In this document: in pieces, positions 23,866-38,283 of the stretch
Layout of the letters: each line of letters begins with the position of its first letter
Position numbering within the stretch: position 1 is the first letter of the stretch
Source: Octopus vulgaris
Lineage: Eukaryota
Length of the DNA stretch: 64,000 bases
Direction: 5' to 3'
Assembly: GCA_951406725.2 (NCBI GenBank)
Contig: OX597815.1
Coordinates: 10,416,001 to 10,480,000, forward strand
Made by a program: the position numbers and the translations under genes
The notes under the pieces: generated by a model
The model's database searches: none
What the model was told of the DNA's origin: nothing
The model's input: only the letters and a program-made list of their open reading frames with translations

Positions 23866-24429
23866 TCGATTGAGATACTTTTCTATTACTGGCATAACAT
23901 TGGTTACCTTTTACTCGCTCTCTCTACAGTGATCAGCGCCGTCCAACCAATGCGCGTGACCTTGAATATGGCGTGATGCTATGTGTGACCTTGAGGGACA
24001 CGCGTATATAAAACGACAGTTGTTTGTTTGGTTTCTGCTGCGTGTCTTTGTTCTCTTTGGGCTGGGTAGAGGCTGACTGGGAACTACCCGGGCAGGGTTA
24101 CAAGTTAATATCTTCTTCACAAAAATGCTTACTGTCTTTCACAAGTTAACCTGGCAACGATTTGCCACCTACATACCTGATAAAATCATAAATAAGGACC
24201 AAATATATATAATAGTAAAGTTGGGGGATTTCCATTAGAAATTTTCACTGATGCCCTACTGTTTCTACCGTCTATTTCTAGAATTCTTGTTGTTATAATA
24301 ATAACAATTATTATACTAGGGCAACTTGGCACAATGCAAGTAGATAATTATTATTATTCGCTTATTCTCTTAAGTCATAATTCCAATATATATGCTTTCA
24401 TACGTAATTAGAATTCAATTCACTCCGAA

Positions 24430-24664
24430 AAGCTCTATCTGCGACGGAGAAGGGCTTTCTCCGTCCGGGTTGCGAATCCGTGGAATAAGCTGCCGGGCGA
24501 GATAGTGAAGATGCCGACGACCGCTCGGTTCAAAGACTCTCTTGACCAGAAATGGCCTGAACTCTTTGCATGAACACCCTCCCTGTACATAACTCCATGT
24601 CCCCCAACACGGCCTTGCTTATGTTTTTTGAGCCTAAAAATTAACTTAACCTAACTTAACTTAA
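24430..24664 (+). mobile_element. CR1-type LINE 3' end (same family, opposite orientation)
   Basis: RRRAFSVRVANPWNKLPGEIVKMPTTARFKDSLDQKWPELFA*; (ttaac)n tail. Confidence 0.85.
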
Positions 24665-24741
24665 TTCTACAATTGTACATTTCATATAAAAATATATATT
24701 CTTGAGAAAGAAAGTCCTTAATATAACCACTTGTGTTCTAT

Positions 24742-24970
24742 CGAGCTGGGCAGCATCGTTAGCACGCCGGGCGAAATGCTTAGCAGTATTTTACCCGTCG
24801 CTACGTTCTGAGTTCAAATTCCGCTGAGGTCGACTTTGCCTTTCATCCTTTCGGGGTCGATAAATTAAGTACCAGTTACACACTGGGGCCGATGTAATCG
24901 ACTTAATCCGTGTGTCTGTCCTTGTTTGTCTCCTCTGTGTTTAGCCACTTGTGGGCAATAAAGAAATAGA
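24742..24970 (+). mobile_element. SINE family M
   Basis: Matches the family consensus. Confidence 0.88.
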
Positions 24971-26104
24971 TAATTTGTTCTAGAATATAGTTGAGTTAAA
25001 TCTTTCGTTCACAATGCTATACAATAACATTAATGACATAGGAATCGAATCCAGCATTTTAAAATGTGATTTTTCATTCATAAAAACACATTAAATGCCT
25101 GACTTGAACAGTAAAAGAGGTTACGGTAATAAGAAACATTGTAATAAGTGATACACTATAACAGAATATTGGCCAAGAGGGGAAAAAAGAAGAGGTATAA
25201 AATATCTAAAACAAGAGGCAAAAAAAGAAACAAGCTTGATTTCCCACTCAGATAATGTCGGGTTTTCGCGAAACAGCGCAGTATTTGTACATTGATCCAA
25301 TTATGGCTGTTTGGTTAACAATCTCTCTTCGCAATGACGACGTTGCTGGTACAATCACACTGTGTGACATTTTGGAAAAAATATCTTGTGATAAGGCATT
25401 GAATTGATTAATGCATTATGAATGAACTTTTAGTGCGCGGAGACCCTACAGAAGCTAGTCATAAAAATAACTCATAACGTCTACTGGGATTCACTTTCGA
25501 TAGCAAAAAATAGTAAACAGAACAGAAACGAAAATAGATATTTCTGATACTGAGAAAAATGCATTGATACAATATGGCTCCTTTTACTCCTGATAAGATA
25601 TTTATTATCTGTATAATATAATATTCATACGATTTGTATCAAGGTATGTGTAGAGAAATTGAGAATGAGCTTAGATGTATATCTTGCAAACGGTGAAGAA
25701 TTACTACTTCAGCATTTAGCATCTGTTACTAATTTAGGTGTGTAAATATTGACAATTGAAACGAATATAGAACATTGTTAGGCTGAGATCTAGTAACAGA
25801 TAAGAAATTATGCTACTTCGTGAACATATTGAATTATATCCAAGAGAGAAATCAAAATGAAGGAATCTCAAAAGAAACAGATGGCTTCTACAAAGATTTG
25901 ATAGTTATTTATCAAACATTTCGACTTAGAGTACAACGGGTGCTGCACTCTAATCCTTGACTTCAGAAAGCTAGTTCTGAAAGTTAGTAAACTGTAATGA
26001 GACAATTTCTTTCAACATCTATGCAATCTATGTCAATAATATGATTTATAAGTGGACCCACTTATAAAATGGTGTTTATATTGGTTTCAAATTTTTGTAC
26101 CAGG

Positions 26105-26292
26105 CCAGCAACACCGGGGGATTAGGTAAGTCGATTACATCGACCCCAGTGTTAAACTGGTACTTATTTTATCTACCCCGAAAGGATGAAAGGCAACGTC
26201 GACCTCGGTGGTATTTGAACTCAGAACATAAAGTCGGACGAAATGCCGGTAAGCATTTTACCCAGCATGCTAACGATTCTGCCATCTCGCCA
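26105..26292 (-). mobile_element. SINE family M, diverged
   Basis: ccccgaaaggatgaaaggcaa..tttgaactcagaac. Confidence 0.82.
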
Positions 26293-27513
26293 CTATAAAG
26301 GATGTTTATATTGTATGTCTCTAATGGTTTCATTTTCGCATTTTTCGTGGTCTTTTTGGTTCCAGTGTGTTTTGTAGAAGACAATATTACCAAAGAGGGA
26401 ATAAATAATCTTAAAGTTGTATTTGTTTACAAGCTTCTGATATTTATGTTTTAAAAGAGATAGTGAGTTTCAGACGATATTTGTAGGGGTGTCTAATCTT
26501 GGTGGGTTGCTGATTAAAGCTCTTAGGCACCCTCAGTTTTTGATATCCTATTGGGGTAGTCTTTACTTGCATTAGATACTTGTATAATATCTAATAAATT
26601 AGCAATCTTGAACAGGCCTAAGTCTTTTCTAAATCTGATCGTAGTCAAGCCGTTCTTATTGTATGAGGTTGCCGAAACATCATGCGTGCACAAAGCTGAG
26701 ATGTAAAGGCAAGTTTACTTCCTCTGGGTATTAAGAATAAACAATCTAGCGAGCTCTTCCTCCTTTGCCTGACATAGCTTCCAGTGAATACGTCGAATTG
26801 TGAGCCACCTTTCTTTACCATCTAATAGAAATAAAATTGTGGTACACCTGAGCACTGTATACAATAATTTCGTTATTATATAAAATTGGCATAACAATGA
26901 CTTTCTGGTGTTCATTACAATTTTCATGTCGAGAGAGCTAAATATGGTAAATTGTTTACCGACGTCCAGTAGATTCAGGGAAAGAGATTTTGATATCAAT
27001 GGGCAACAGTTCACAATATTAACTGAGTGCACTTGAAGTTTCGTTGCTCTGGTCAGATGGTGCCTATAATTTTAAGATAAATGGCGTCGAGAATACTCAT
27101 ACTAATTCACTTTAGAAACAGATAATTAAGTTGCCAAACACGTACATTTTGTACGTCTAAAACAGTACAAAGGAGGTCTCCAATTAGGCGAAATTCAAAT
27201 GACTTGGTAAAATTGTAGCTCTTATCAATACCTTCAGAGCCACTTAGACACTCGTTGAAAGGAAATATGATACAACCAAATGACTTTCTTTCTAAAGCCA
27301 GAAGATGTAACTCTTGCTTTCATATAACTTCGTTTTGAGCTAATGAGCTTGATGAAGTAGGATGGAGGCCCGCATTTAAAATACAGTGAAAAATTTATCA
27401 TTGCACACTTTCATTACATCCAAATGATGATCAAAAGTACTTGCATATATGTGAAAGAGAACATGCAGCTTAACTTTGTAACAATATCTCAGATGTTTTA
27501 GATAATGTTCTCT

Positions 27514-27850
<337 letters not shown>

Positions 27851-29284
27851 AATGTTACATCAAGATAATGAGTATCTAATGAGCTGTACAATAGCTCATG
27901 ACAATATGAATGAAACTGATACTGAAGTTATCATCCATGTAGAATAAGTGTCTTCTGGACATGGATTTCATTTAATGCATTAATTTCTAAAGAGTTTGCC
28001 ATTGTTAGAGAGGCCCTGTATAAAAGAGGCATCATTCTATAGAAACATTATCCCTCATCGCAGTCTCAGAAGCACGCCGTTCATACGGCTCATTGAAATA
28101 GCCTCTAATGTTTTTGGAAAGACTAAGACGGATGCAACTTTAGAGTTCAAAAATCTGACGGAAGGAAAATATCTGCACATAACGTTTTAATGATTAGATC
28201 AGTTGGAAGCCAAATTCATCACTTCATCAATGTTTCAATCAGTTTGGAGTGAATATGTAAGTAAAGATCGAGTCAAAATCTTACCTTCATCAGAGAAAGT
28301 TGAAAATGTATTCTGAGTGATACCTTGAACCATAAAGAAAATTCAAGCAAACGTAGGTCAACTTACCCTTTTAGCATTTCACAAGAGAACTAAGTTACGT
28401 GTTGCAATCCACCCAAGAAACCTTCACATTTATCAGATAGTTTTTCGCCCAGGTTTGTTTATTTCCTTCACATTCAATCAACAATGAACTGAAATAGAAG
28501 CGGAATAGCTTCCTGATCGACCGACCATATCAGCATTAGCATGAAATTACTGTAATCACAAAGAATCTATGTCAGAGGCCATCCTATATCAGATAATTCT
28601 CTACAGGGTCAACAATCAAATGGATGTCATGGAGAAAATGGTCGATTTTACTACTTTCAGTCAATATGTGGAAAAACTTTAAATGATCTTTGCATACTGT
28701 CGCCTAATGGACATTAAAGATCAACGAGTAACGAGGTCTTTCAGAGAAAAATCATACAATATTATTCTAATAAATGGGTATGTGAAGAAACCGTGTCAAA
28801 GTTGATGCCTGAACATAAATGTGCCTACTATAAAGTGGGATGATTAATCCGTACAAAGAAACTCGGAATTATTTTCTTAGTGAATTCAGAGGAATATTTT
28901 TCTTCCCGACTGGATATTAGCCAAAGTCAGAAATCAACAGACGGTTGCCCTTTCTGTAGTCTCTTCTCCAAGATAGCTGTAACACTTTTGACAAGTGAAA
29001 GAACTGCTCCTTAAGCCAACATTAGATTTAACATCATCGGATGTTAAAATTATTGTAGGCTTACATTTTAATGTTGCATGCTTATATGTTACATGCTAAT
29101 ATAGGCTTACATGCTAATGTTGCTATCAGATGCATCCGAGGATGCTTCTATTAGCAACGTTAGCGACAATCCAAACAAAACAGTTCTTTTCTAAAACGTG
29201 TTGGTTTTTAAAGTACAAACTTGACCTTGAACCACAGGATCAGAACACAGAGTGACATAAAAAAAATTAAACAATGCGTAGAAT

Positions 29285-29499
29285 ACCTACAAGGGGCTAA
29301 ACACAGAGAGTACAAACAAGGACAAACAGATTAAGTCGATTACATCGACCCCAGTGCGTAACTGGCACTTATTTAATCGACCCCGAAAGGATGAAAGGCA
29401 AAGTCGACCTTGGCGGAATTTGAACTCAGAACGTAACGGTAGACGAAATACGGCCACGCATTTCGCCCGGGGTGCTAACGATTCTGCCAGCTCGCCGCC
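29285..29499 (-). mobile_element. SINE family M
   Basis: Matches the family consensus. Confidence 0.9.
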
Positions 29500-30170
29500 T
29501 TCTTACCGTTCTTATTTCCAGGCTATGGTTTTCATTTGTATTTATTCCATATATGCACTATATGCAGAATACCATTACTGCTTGCACGTGCTTTCCGGAA
29601 AATTCTGTCTGTGCACCAAAAAAGCTCCATCTCTCTTCCTGGAGGCATATCAAGAAACTAAGCCTGTCAACAAACCTGAACGTTGTCTGTTAACGAATAT
29701 GTTAATTATTCCGTAATTGTCAAACCCTAATTGGCAAAGACGGATTAATGCAAACGCTGCTACAGTTAGGAATGAAACTCGCTCAAGATGTAAATGCAAT
29801 GACAAATATATACACAATTATTCAACTACTAAAATGATTGCAAACGAATTCAAGAATATGCTACATCAGTTCCAATAAATCAGGCGACAAATGAAATGAA
29901 TTTTAAGTATCTGAATCTTCGAGGACAGTCGATGAAGCACATCTCTTTGGGATCTTTGAATGTAATTAGATTAATTATCCCCGCTCTCAGAGTACTTAAT
30001 TCCAATAATTCCTTCAGCAGCATTCCATATGTCGGAAAATATTGAAGAAAGAGTTCCTCTTTATTCTTCCTGGAAAACTACATGCCCTTCAAATTCGTCA
30101 TGGGATGCGTTTAGTGGTGAAGACAATGCTTTCATACGACACAGAAGCAAGGATTTGGATAGGCTATACC

Positions 30171-30401
30171 TATTTCTTTATTACCCACAAGGGGCTAAAC
30201 ACAGAGGGGACAAACAAGGACAGACAAAGCGATTAATTCGATTACATCGACCCCAGTGCGTAACTGGTACTTAATTTATCGACCCCGAAAGGATGAAAGG
30301 CAAAGTCGACCTCGGCGGAATTTGAACTCAGAACGTAACGGCAGACGAAATACCACTAAGCATTTCGCCCGGCGTGCTAACGTTTCTGCCAGCTCGCCGC
30401 C
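30171..30401 (-). mobile_element. SINE family M, full length
   Basis: TSD tttggataggctatacc 30154-30170 / 30402-30418. Confidence 0.93.
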
Positions 30402-30632
30402 TTTGGATAGGCTATACCGAGGATAATGTTTTCATTCCGTGCACTTCTTTGATCCCTACAGTTGTACCATTCCTTTCCCCGTTTGAATTACTTAGATTGC
30501 AGTACTGCCTTCATTTGGAATGAGCATAAACAAGATACAAGCACAAAGCCTTGTACCTTATTGCTGAAATCACTTTGGTTTCATATTTACCATTGATCAA
30601 GTCTTACTTCTTCAGGAGTTAGAAACATAATA

Positions 30633-31187
30633 GGCGCAGGAGTGGCTGTGTGGTAAGTAGCTTGCTAACCAACCACATGGTTCCGGGTTCAGTCCCACTG
30701 CGTGGCATCTTGGGCAAGTGTCTTCTGCTATAGCCTCGGGCCGACCAATGCCTTGTGAGTGGATTTGGTAGACGGAAACTGAAAGAAGCCTGTCGTATAT
30801 ATGTATATATACATAGGCGCAGGAGTGGCTGTGTGGTAAGTAGCTTGCTAACCAACCACATGGTTCCGGGTTCAGTCCCACTGCGTGGCATCTTGGGCAA
30901 GTGTCTTCTGCTATAGCCTCGGGCCGACCAATGCCTTGTGAGTGGATTTGGTAGACGGAAACTGAAAGAAGCCTGTCGTATATATGTATATATATATATT
31001 GGAAGGTTTGGAGATGATGTACAGGTATTATATATTAGAAAAAATGAGGTAATCAGATCGGATGGTTCATATTTATAGATATTTATTTATATATTACATT
31101 TTTTACATATATATCATATCATTCAGATCATATCATTCGGATTATTAGCGCTTTCTCCCAATCCAGTGGGGTTTTCAAATCAAATCG

Positions 31188-31218
<31 letters not shown>

Positions 31219-31425
31219 ATGTGTTTGTGTGTCTGTGTTTGTCCCCCTAGCATTGCTTGACAACCGATGCTGGTGTGTTTATGTCCCCGTCACTTAGCGG
31301 TTCGGCAAAAGAGACCGATAGAATAAGTACTGGGCTTACAAAAGAATAAGTCCAGGGGTCGATCTGATCGACTAAATGCGGTGCTCCAGCATGGCCGCAG
31401 TCAAATGACTGAAACAAGTAAATAA
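30633..31425 (+). mobile_element. SINE family C with duplicated 5' half and an insertion in its internal (TA)n
   Basis: Head repeated at 30633 and 30816; foreign sequence about 31000-31187; tail resumes about 31205. Confidence 0.9.
31142..31183 (-). ncRNA. Minimal hammerhead motif, U3:A8 core variant
   Basis: ttgat-TTGAAAA-cccca-ctggat-tggga-GAAA-gcgc-TA-ataa; palindromic stem III AGCGCT; stem I weak. Confidence 0.5.
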
Positions 31426-31747
31426 AAAAAAAAAAAAAAATGAAATTTGGTCTCTTATGTCCTCTGGATCGAGAATATTATAAACCCACAAACACTGCAA
31501 GAGATATTACTAAAAGCTAATAGAAAACTCATTTTTAAAAAAGTATGTTTTTGTCCCCAGAATTAAAATAAAATTGGTTTCATATTTGTTAAAATTCTGT
31601 TCGCATGTTTTACTGAAGCTTAGATTGAACGATTTTCTAAATTGATTGCACTCAACCAATTTTGAGTAAATAAACACTCTTGGAGCAACTGGCGATTGTC
31701 AGTATGTTTCTCAAACAATTTATCCAAAATATACCAAATTCATGTGA

Positions 31748-32492
<745 letters not shown>

Positions 32493-33519
32493 CCCAAGAT
32501 GCAAATTAATCCACACATTGCAACACACACTCTCACATGAGGTCAATTTCTCTTACACACACACACTTAGCTGTCTAATATCCAATTTCAGACGCCCTGA
32601 GAAGTCAGTCAAAGATATATCACTTTGTTTACTACAAACGTTAAGTTGCCTTGGAAGCTGAAAACGGTCAACTTGAAGATAGTTGCAAACACTCTCTCTT
32701 TCCCCCGCTCTCACTCTCTAGTTTTCTTTCCACTTTATCTCTCTCTCTCTCTCTCTCTTTCCTTTTCGCTATCTCTTGCAATATTCTATCAGTTTGCTTT
32801 TAATCAAAGATGTCGTTTTAGATAAATAAGCAACTAAATTCAAACCAGAATTTGTAAACAAAATAATGCGGAATGATATGTCATCGTAAAGTGTTTTAAT
32901 TTGAAATTGTAACAAAAGCGATATAGTCTTAAACAACTCAGCCATTTCAGTTTGATAAAACCTCGAACGGACGTTGAGGTGGCGGGAGGAAACAGAAGAT
33001 GAAGAGAAACCTAAAGCCAGCAATCAATTAACCGAATTTAAATCATTGAGCTTGTTTATATTCAAGGATCTAGGATATCATTTCAGTGCTATGGGCCGTA
33101 ATAATTGTTGCTTCATTTACTTCTCAATTATTCAAAAAGAAGTAAATATAAAAAGACATAAAAGTGCATCGTATTCAATGTTTGAGTCTTGTTATTTATT
33201 CGTTTGTTTATTTCCTTTTGTATATTTTGTATTCCTCGAAGAAGAAAACAAAACTGAACGTCTACCAGCGCTATCTTGAAATATATATCTTTTGCTGTAG
33301 TAATAGCATTCCATCAGTTTTCAGGGTGACAAATTGGGGTGTATTATATCGTTGTAGGTGATATTCCAGTGTTATAAATTGCCGCGTGTAATACCGTAAT
33401 GTGTGATATTGTATAGCGCTATATTATTGTGTGACATTTCATGGTGTCTCATACAATGCTGCAGTTTGTATGACTATGTACTGGAGTGGGATAGATTGCA
33501 ATGTAATATATCTCAGTGT

Positions 33520-33908
33520 GTGGAGGCGCAATGGCCCAGTGGTTAGGGCAGCGGACGCGGTCATAGGATCGCGGTTTCGATTCCCAGACCGGGCGTTGTG
33601 AGTGTTTATTGAGCGAAAACACCTTAAGCTCCACGAGGCTCCGGCTGGGGATGGTGGTGATCCCTGCTGTACTCTTTCACCACAACTTTCTCTCACTCTT
33701 ACTTCCTGTTTCTATTGTACCTGTGTTTCAAAGGGCCGGCCTTGTAACTCTCTGTGTCACGCTGAATATCCCCGAGAACTACGTTAAGGGTACACGTGTC
33801 TGTGGAATGCTCAGCCACTTACACGTTAATTTCACGAGCAGGCTGTTCCGTTGATTCGGATCAACCGGAACCCTCGTCGTCGTAACCGACGGAGTGCTTC
33901 CATCCATC
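33520..33908 (+). mobile_element. SINE family A, tail type A
   Basis: TSD atatctcagtgt 33508-33519 / 33909-33920. Confidence 0.93.
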
Positions 33909-34157
33909 ATATCTCAGTGTAATAGCGATACACTGTTGTGGGCTAGAAGACAGCGGGCAAATAAAGCTTTGTCGGGGAGGACAAATAATAGGTAATGTGT
34001 TCATTTTTCCTCTGTAAGTGTACTTCTGATAGTAAATAATTAAAGAATTTGGAGCTCTCACCATTTTGTGTCAACCGATTTGATGAACATCAGTCATTGC
34101 AGCTCGATTTTCTTCGCATTGCAAAAGTAAATTTTACTTAAATAACTATTTCTGTAT

Positions 34158-34470
34158 TACGGAGATGTACTTGCATAGCAAGTGACCTGATGTGAGATCG
34201 TGTGCTGGAACGAAAACAATTGCAGCGTGGAAGGTGTTTATAAGCCATTTAAGAAACACACAAAAACCGTGAGATTCACTTCAACGTTTAAATTTAATTT
34301 GTCACAATATTTTCATCGCTTTGAGACCGCGACCTGTTCGACCTGTTCACTGACAAGTTGCGGTCTCAAAGCGACGAAAATATTTTGACAAATTAAATTT
34401 AAATGTTGAAGTGAATCTCACGGTTTTTGTGTGTTTCTTAAATGGCTTACAAACACCTTCCACGCTGCAA
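34158..34470. mobile_element. Fold-back PLE-like mini-element
   Basis: Arms 34220-34333 / 34357-34470 are near-perfect inverted repeats, with an extension of about 60 bp on the left only. Confidence 0.75.
34299..34356 (-). ncRNA. Hammerhead-like motif, G3:C8 core variant
   Basis: ttgtca-GTGAACA-(9-nt duplication)-ggtcgc-ggtctcaaa-gcgat-GAAA-atat-TG-tgacaa; the opposite arm has gcgac-GAAA-atat-TT-tgacaa. Confidence 0.55.
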
Positions 34471-34619
34471 CTTTTTTCTGTTCAGTACATTAAATTTGTT
34501 AGCATAGACTCAAAGAAAGCTGTACATATCAAATCTACCATCTTACTTCATTACAGAAATACTAAATAACATTAATAACCAGAAACCGCCCCCCCCACTC
34601 AGCAATATAAAACTACAAT

Positions 34620-34925
34620 GAGGGACGATGTCTGGCCCTCATGGGTTCCAGCTGATCCGATCAACAGAACACCCTGTTCGTGAGATTAGCGTGCAAGTAA
34701 TTGAACACTTCACAAACACGCGTTCCCTTCGTGTCGTTCTCAGAGAGATTCAGTGTGACACAGAGCTGACACTTTGAATTACAGGTACAACTCATTTATG
34801 CCAGGTAAATGGACTGGAGCAACATGACAAAGTGTCTTGCTCAAGGAAATAATGCATCACCAGGAATCGAACTCACGACTTCACGATCGTGAGCTGAATA
34901 CCCTAACTACTAAGCCACACGACTT
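34620..34925 (-). mobile_element. Old CORE-like SINE with type A tail
   Basis: Diverged tRNA head, ccttgagcaagacact block, tail similar to family A type A. Confidence 0.7.
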
Positions 34926-35394
34926 CCCAACGTTTAAAATACACACACACACACGCACAGGCACACACACACACACACACACACGCACACCCACAGGCAC
35001 ACACACACACTCGCACACGCATAGACACACAGACACACACAAACACACACACACAAATACTACAAATTATAATACATATAACACACCTGTGACAGGTACA
35101 TCGTATCTAGAAGACATAATAAGGAAAGTACAGCAGCCCACTAACATACTTAGGTACCAATTAGAGTAAGCCTAAGATCCAAAACCATTAGTGTTTCAAA
35201 AAATATCGTCCACAATGGATTTTACCATTCTTGTTTGGGTTCCTAATCTCTCATAACTAATTTGCAAACTACAAAGAACACAAAACAGCAAATTTTGCGG
35301 TTTCCTTTCCTTTGTAGGCCTCACACAGGTAGAAGGTGCGTGTATGTGTTGAGACGGTGCAGGATAGGTGAGAAGATACAACTTGAAGGGAGGG

Positions 35395-35475
35395 TCTTGA
35401 AGGGAAGGGAGAGTCTTGAAGATGACTCGAGATCTGGACGTCCTGCAACTGCCACCCCTGATGAAAACACTGAAC
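35395..35475 (+). pseudogene. mariner transposase N-terminal fragment
   Basis: KGRESLEDDSRSGRPATAT matches the mariner G-x-SLED-xx-RSGRP motif. Confidence 0.7.
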
Positions 35476-35968
35476 TTTTAAACCGACCTGGTAGAGGATG
35501 TGGTATGGATATAGCGTTGATGTGCTGTGTATATGGTATATATTTAGTGTGGATATGGTGCAGGCCTAGCATGGGTATGTGTGAAAATTCCTGGGCAGTA
35601 AACAGTAAAAGACTAAACAAATATTTAGTCTCGCTTTAATAACGTAATCCGGGAATAAGTGATGGGAGCTTCGATAGTTTAAACTGAGGATTTACCGAAT
35701 ATTTTCCTCTTTCATGTCATATTCGTCTGGTATTGCTAACTCGCCTTCAATCTGCGGACATTTTCAAGCCATTAGTCAGAGTGTTGCAAAACTAAAGGAA
35801 ATGACATAATGGTACAATGTTGACAGCTGGTAATAACAAACATACCAACACAGGTTGGCTCTGAATAAATTTGTATGCAAGAGTCAAAAGTTCAGTAGAG
35901 AGAAGGTGACAAATCTTCTGACGAGCATCAAACAAGAGGCGAAACTAGACAATTTAATCTTCACTTAT

Positions 35969-36353
35969 GGAAGCACTCCGTCGGTTCCGACGACGAGGGT
36001 TCCGGTTGATCCGAATCAACGGAACAGCCTGCTCGTGAAATTAACGTGCAAGTGGCTGAGCACTCCACAGACACGTGTACCCTTAACGTAGTTCTCGGGG
36101 ATATTCAGCGTGACACAGAGAGTGACAAGGCCGGCCCCTTTGAAATACAGGTAAAACAGAAACAGGAAGTAAGAGTGAGAGAAAGTTGTGGTGAAAGAGT
36201 ACAGCAGGGATCACCACCATCCCCTGCCGGAGCCTCGTGGAGCTTTAGGTGTTTTCGCTCAATAAACACTCACAACGCCCGGTCTGGGAATCGAAACCGC
36301 GATCCTACGACTGCGAGTCTGCTGCCCTAACAACTGGGCCATTGCGCCCCCAC
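35969..36353 (-). mobile_element. SINE family A, tail type A
   Basis: TSD aatcttcacttat 35956-35968 / 36354-36366. Confidence 0.93.
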
Positions 36354-36561
36354 AATCTTCACTTATATCTATCTTGCGACTGTCGACGGGTTCTATTTTC
36401 ACTGTAAAACTAAACACATTTTTGTTAAACATATCTTTTATTGCGTATGTAAACATATTTGGTCATAACTACGCTGTACTGGTAAATTTACGATGTACCA
36501 GCAAAGTTAACACACTACGGACAGTAGTGTGTTATATTACAGATGTCTTATAACTGTTGTG

Positions 36562-36900
36562 GTGAAGGCGCATGGCTGAGTGGTTAGTGTGTCGGGCTCA
36601 CAATCATGAGGTAGTGAGTTCGATTTCCGAAACAGGTTGTGCGTTGTGTACTTGAGCAAGACACTTTATTTTACGTTGTTCCAGTTCACTCGTCTGTAGA
36701 AATTAGTTGCGACGTCACTGGTGCCAAACTGTATCGGCCCCTTTGCCTTTCCCTTGGATAACATCAGTGACGTAGAGACAGGAGATGTTATGCATGGGCG
36801 ATTGCTGGTCTTCCATAAACAACCTTACCTGGACTTGTGCCTCGGAGGGTAACTTTCTGGGTGCAATCCCATGGTCATTTATTACTGAAGGGGGTCTTTA
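36562..36900 (+). mobile_element. tRNA + CORE-like SINE with a further tail type
   Basis: tggctgagtggttag A-box, gagttcgattt B-box, cttgagcaagacacttta block. Confidence 0.75.
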
Positions 36901-37133
36901 CCTATTTCTTTACTACCCACAAGGGGTTAAACACAGAGAGGACAAACAAGGACAGACAAACGGATTAAGTCGATTACATCGACTCCAGTGCGTAACTGGT
37001 ACTTATTTAATCGACCCTGAAAGGATGAAAGGCAAAGTCGACCTCGGCGGATTTTGAACTCAGAACGTAGCGGCAGACGAAATACCGCTAGGCATTCCGT
37101 CCGGCGTGCTAACGATTCTGCCAGCTCGCCGCC
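36901..37133 (-). mobile_element. SINE family M inserted into the tail of the previous SINE
   Basis: TSD aagggggtcttta on both sides. Confidence 0.9.
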
Positions 37134-37569
37134 TTAAAAGGGGGTCTTTACTCTTTACCCTATAACCGTCGTATCCGGGGAGATGAAATCCAGACTCGGT
37201 CGGTCTGAGTTTGAACTTAGAAAAAAGCAGAGATAAAACGAAACCTTGTATATGGCCTGATAGACTTACATCTGTCGATTAGCTCCCCTGACGGCAATTG
37301 CCATATATCAAATGTCTCTCTATTAGGAAAACAAAAATGTCAGTTGAACAGCTTTTGTTGACTCCGTATGTGACATAATTGATGTTGTATACTATATCTG
37401 TTGATCAGGATTTAGCCATTGTTTACAAATTGGTCAATCGCAGTTTGATCACTCACACATGGACACAGAATTCGGTTAATGTATTCGCATTCACTTCATT
37501 TATAATCTTTTCCTTACCGACATTATTTATTTACAATCTCCAACTTTATTCCCCTCCCCCCCTTTACAA

Positions 37570-37604
<35 letters not shown>

Positions 37605-38032
37605 TTCTTCTTTTTCTTTTTCTTCTTTTTCTTTTTCTTCTTCTTTTCCTTCTTCTTCTTCTTCTTCTTCTTCTTCTTCTTCTTCTTCTTCTCCTTCTTC
37701 TTTTTCTTTTTCTTCTTCTTTTCCTCCTTTCTTTCTTCTTCTTCTTCTTCTTCTTCTTCTTCTTCTTCTTCTTCCTCCTCTTCTTCTTCTCCTCTTCTTC
37801 TTCTTCTTCTTCTTCTTCTTCTTCTTTCTTCTTCTTTCTTCTTCTTCTTCTTCTTCTTCTTCTTCTTCTTCTTCTTCTTCTTCTTCTTCTTCTTCTTCTT
37901 CTTCTTCTTCTTCTTCTTCTTCTTTTTCTCCTTCTTCTTCTTCTTCTTCTTCTTCTTCTTCTTCTTCCTCCTCTTCTTCTTCTTCTTCTTCTTCTTCTTC
38001 TTCCTCCTCTTCTTCTCCTTCTTTCTTCTTCT

Positions 38033-38088
<56 letters not shown>

Positions 38089-38165
38089 TTCTTCTTCTTC
38101 TTCTTCTTCTTCTTCTTCTTCTTCTTCTTCTTCTTCTTCTTCTTCTTCTTCTTCTTCTTCTTCTT
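37570..38165. repeat. About 600-bp (CTT)n tract
   Basis: Direct repeat; source of the poly-L/S/K/E/R pseudo-ORFs. Confidence 0.96.
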
Positions 38166-38247
38166 TCCCCCACTATTTGTTACATGCACATATGTGTGTG
38201 TGTGTGTATGTGTGTGCGTGTATATAGAGTGTTTGCCTCTTTCTTCC

Positions 38248-38283
<36 letters not shown>

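Noticed and set aside
25250-26700. Possible old hAT transposase relic (LNRPKSFL near 26610)
   Set aside because: Too degenerate to support by eye; needs a frameshift-aware search.
33520-33600. tRNA gene-like sequence with A and B boxes
   Set aside because: It is the head of a multicopy SINE with body, tail and TSDs; no proper acceptor stem or terminator.
37379-38227. Poly-L/S/K/E/R ORFs (also 62908-63532)
   Set aside because: (CTT)n and (CAT)n microsatellites.
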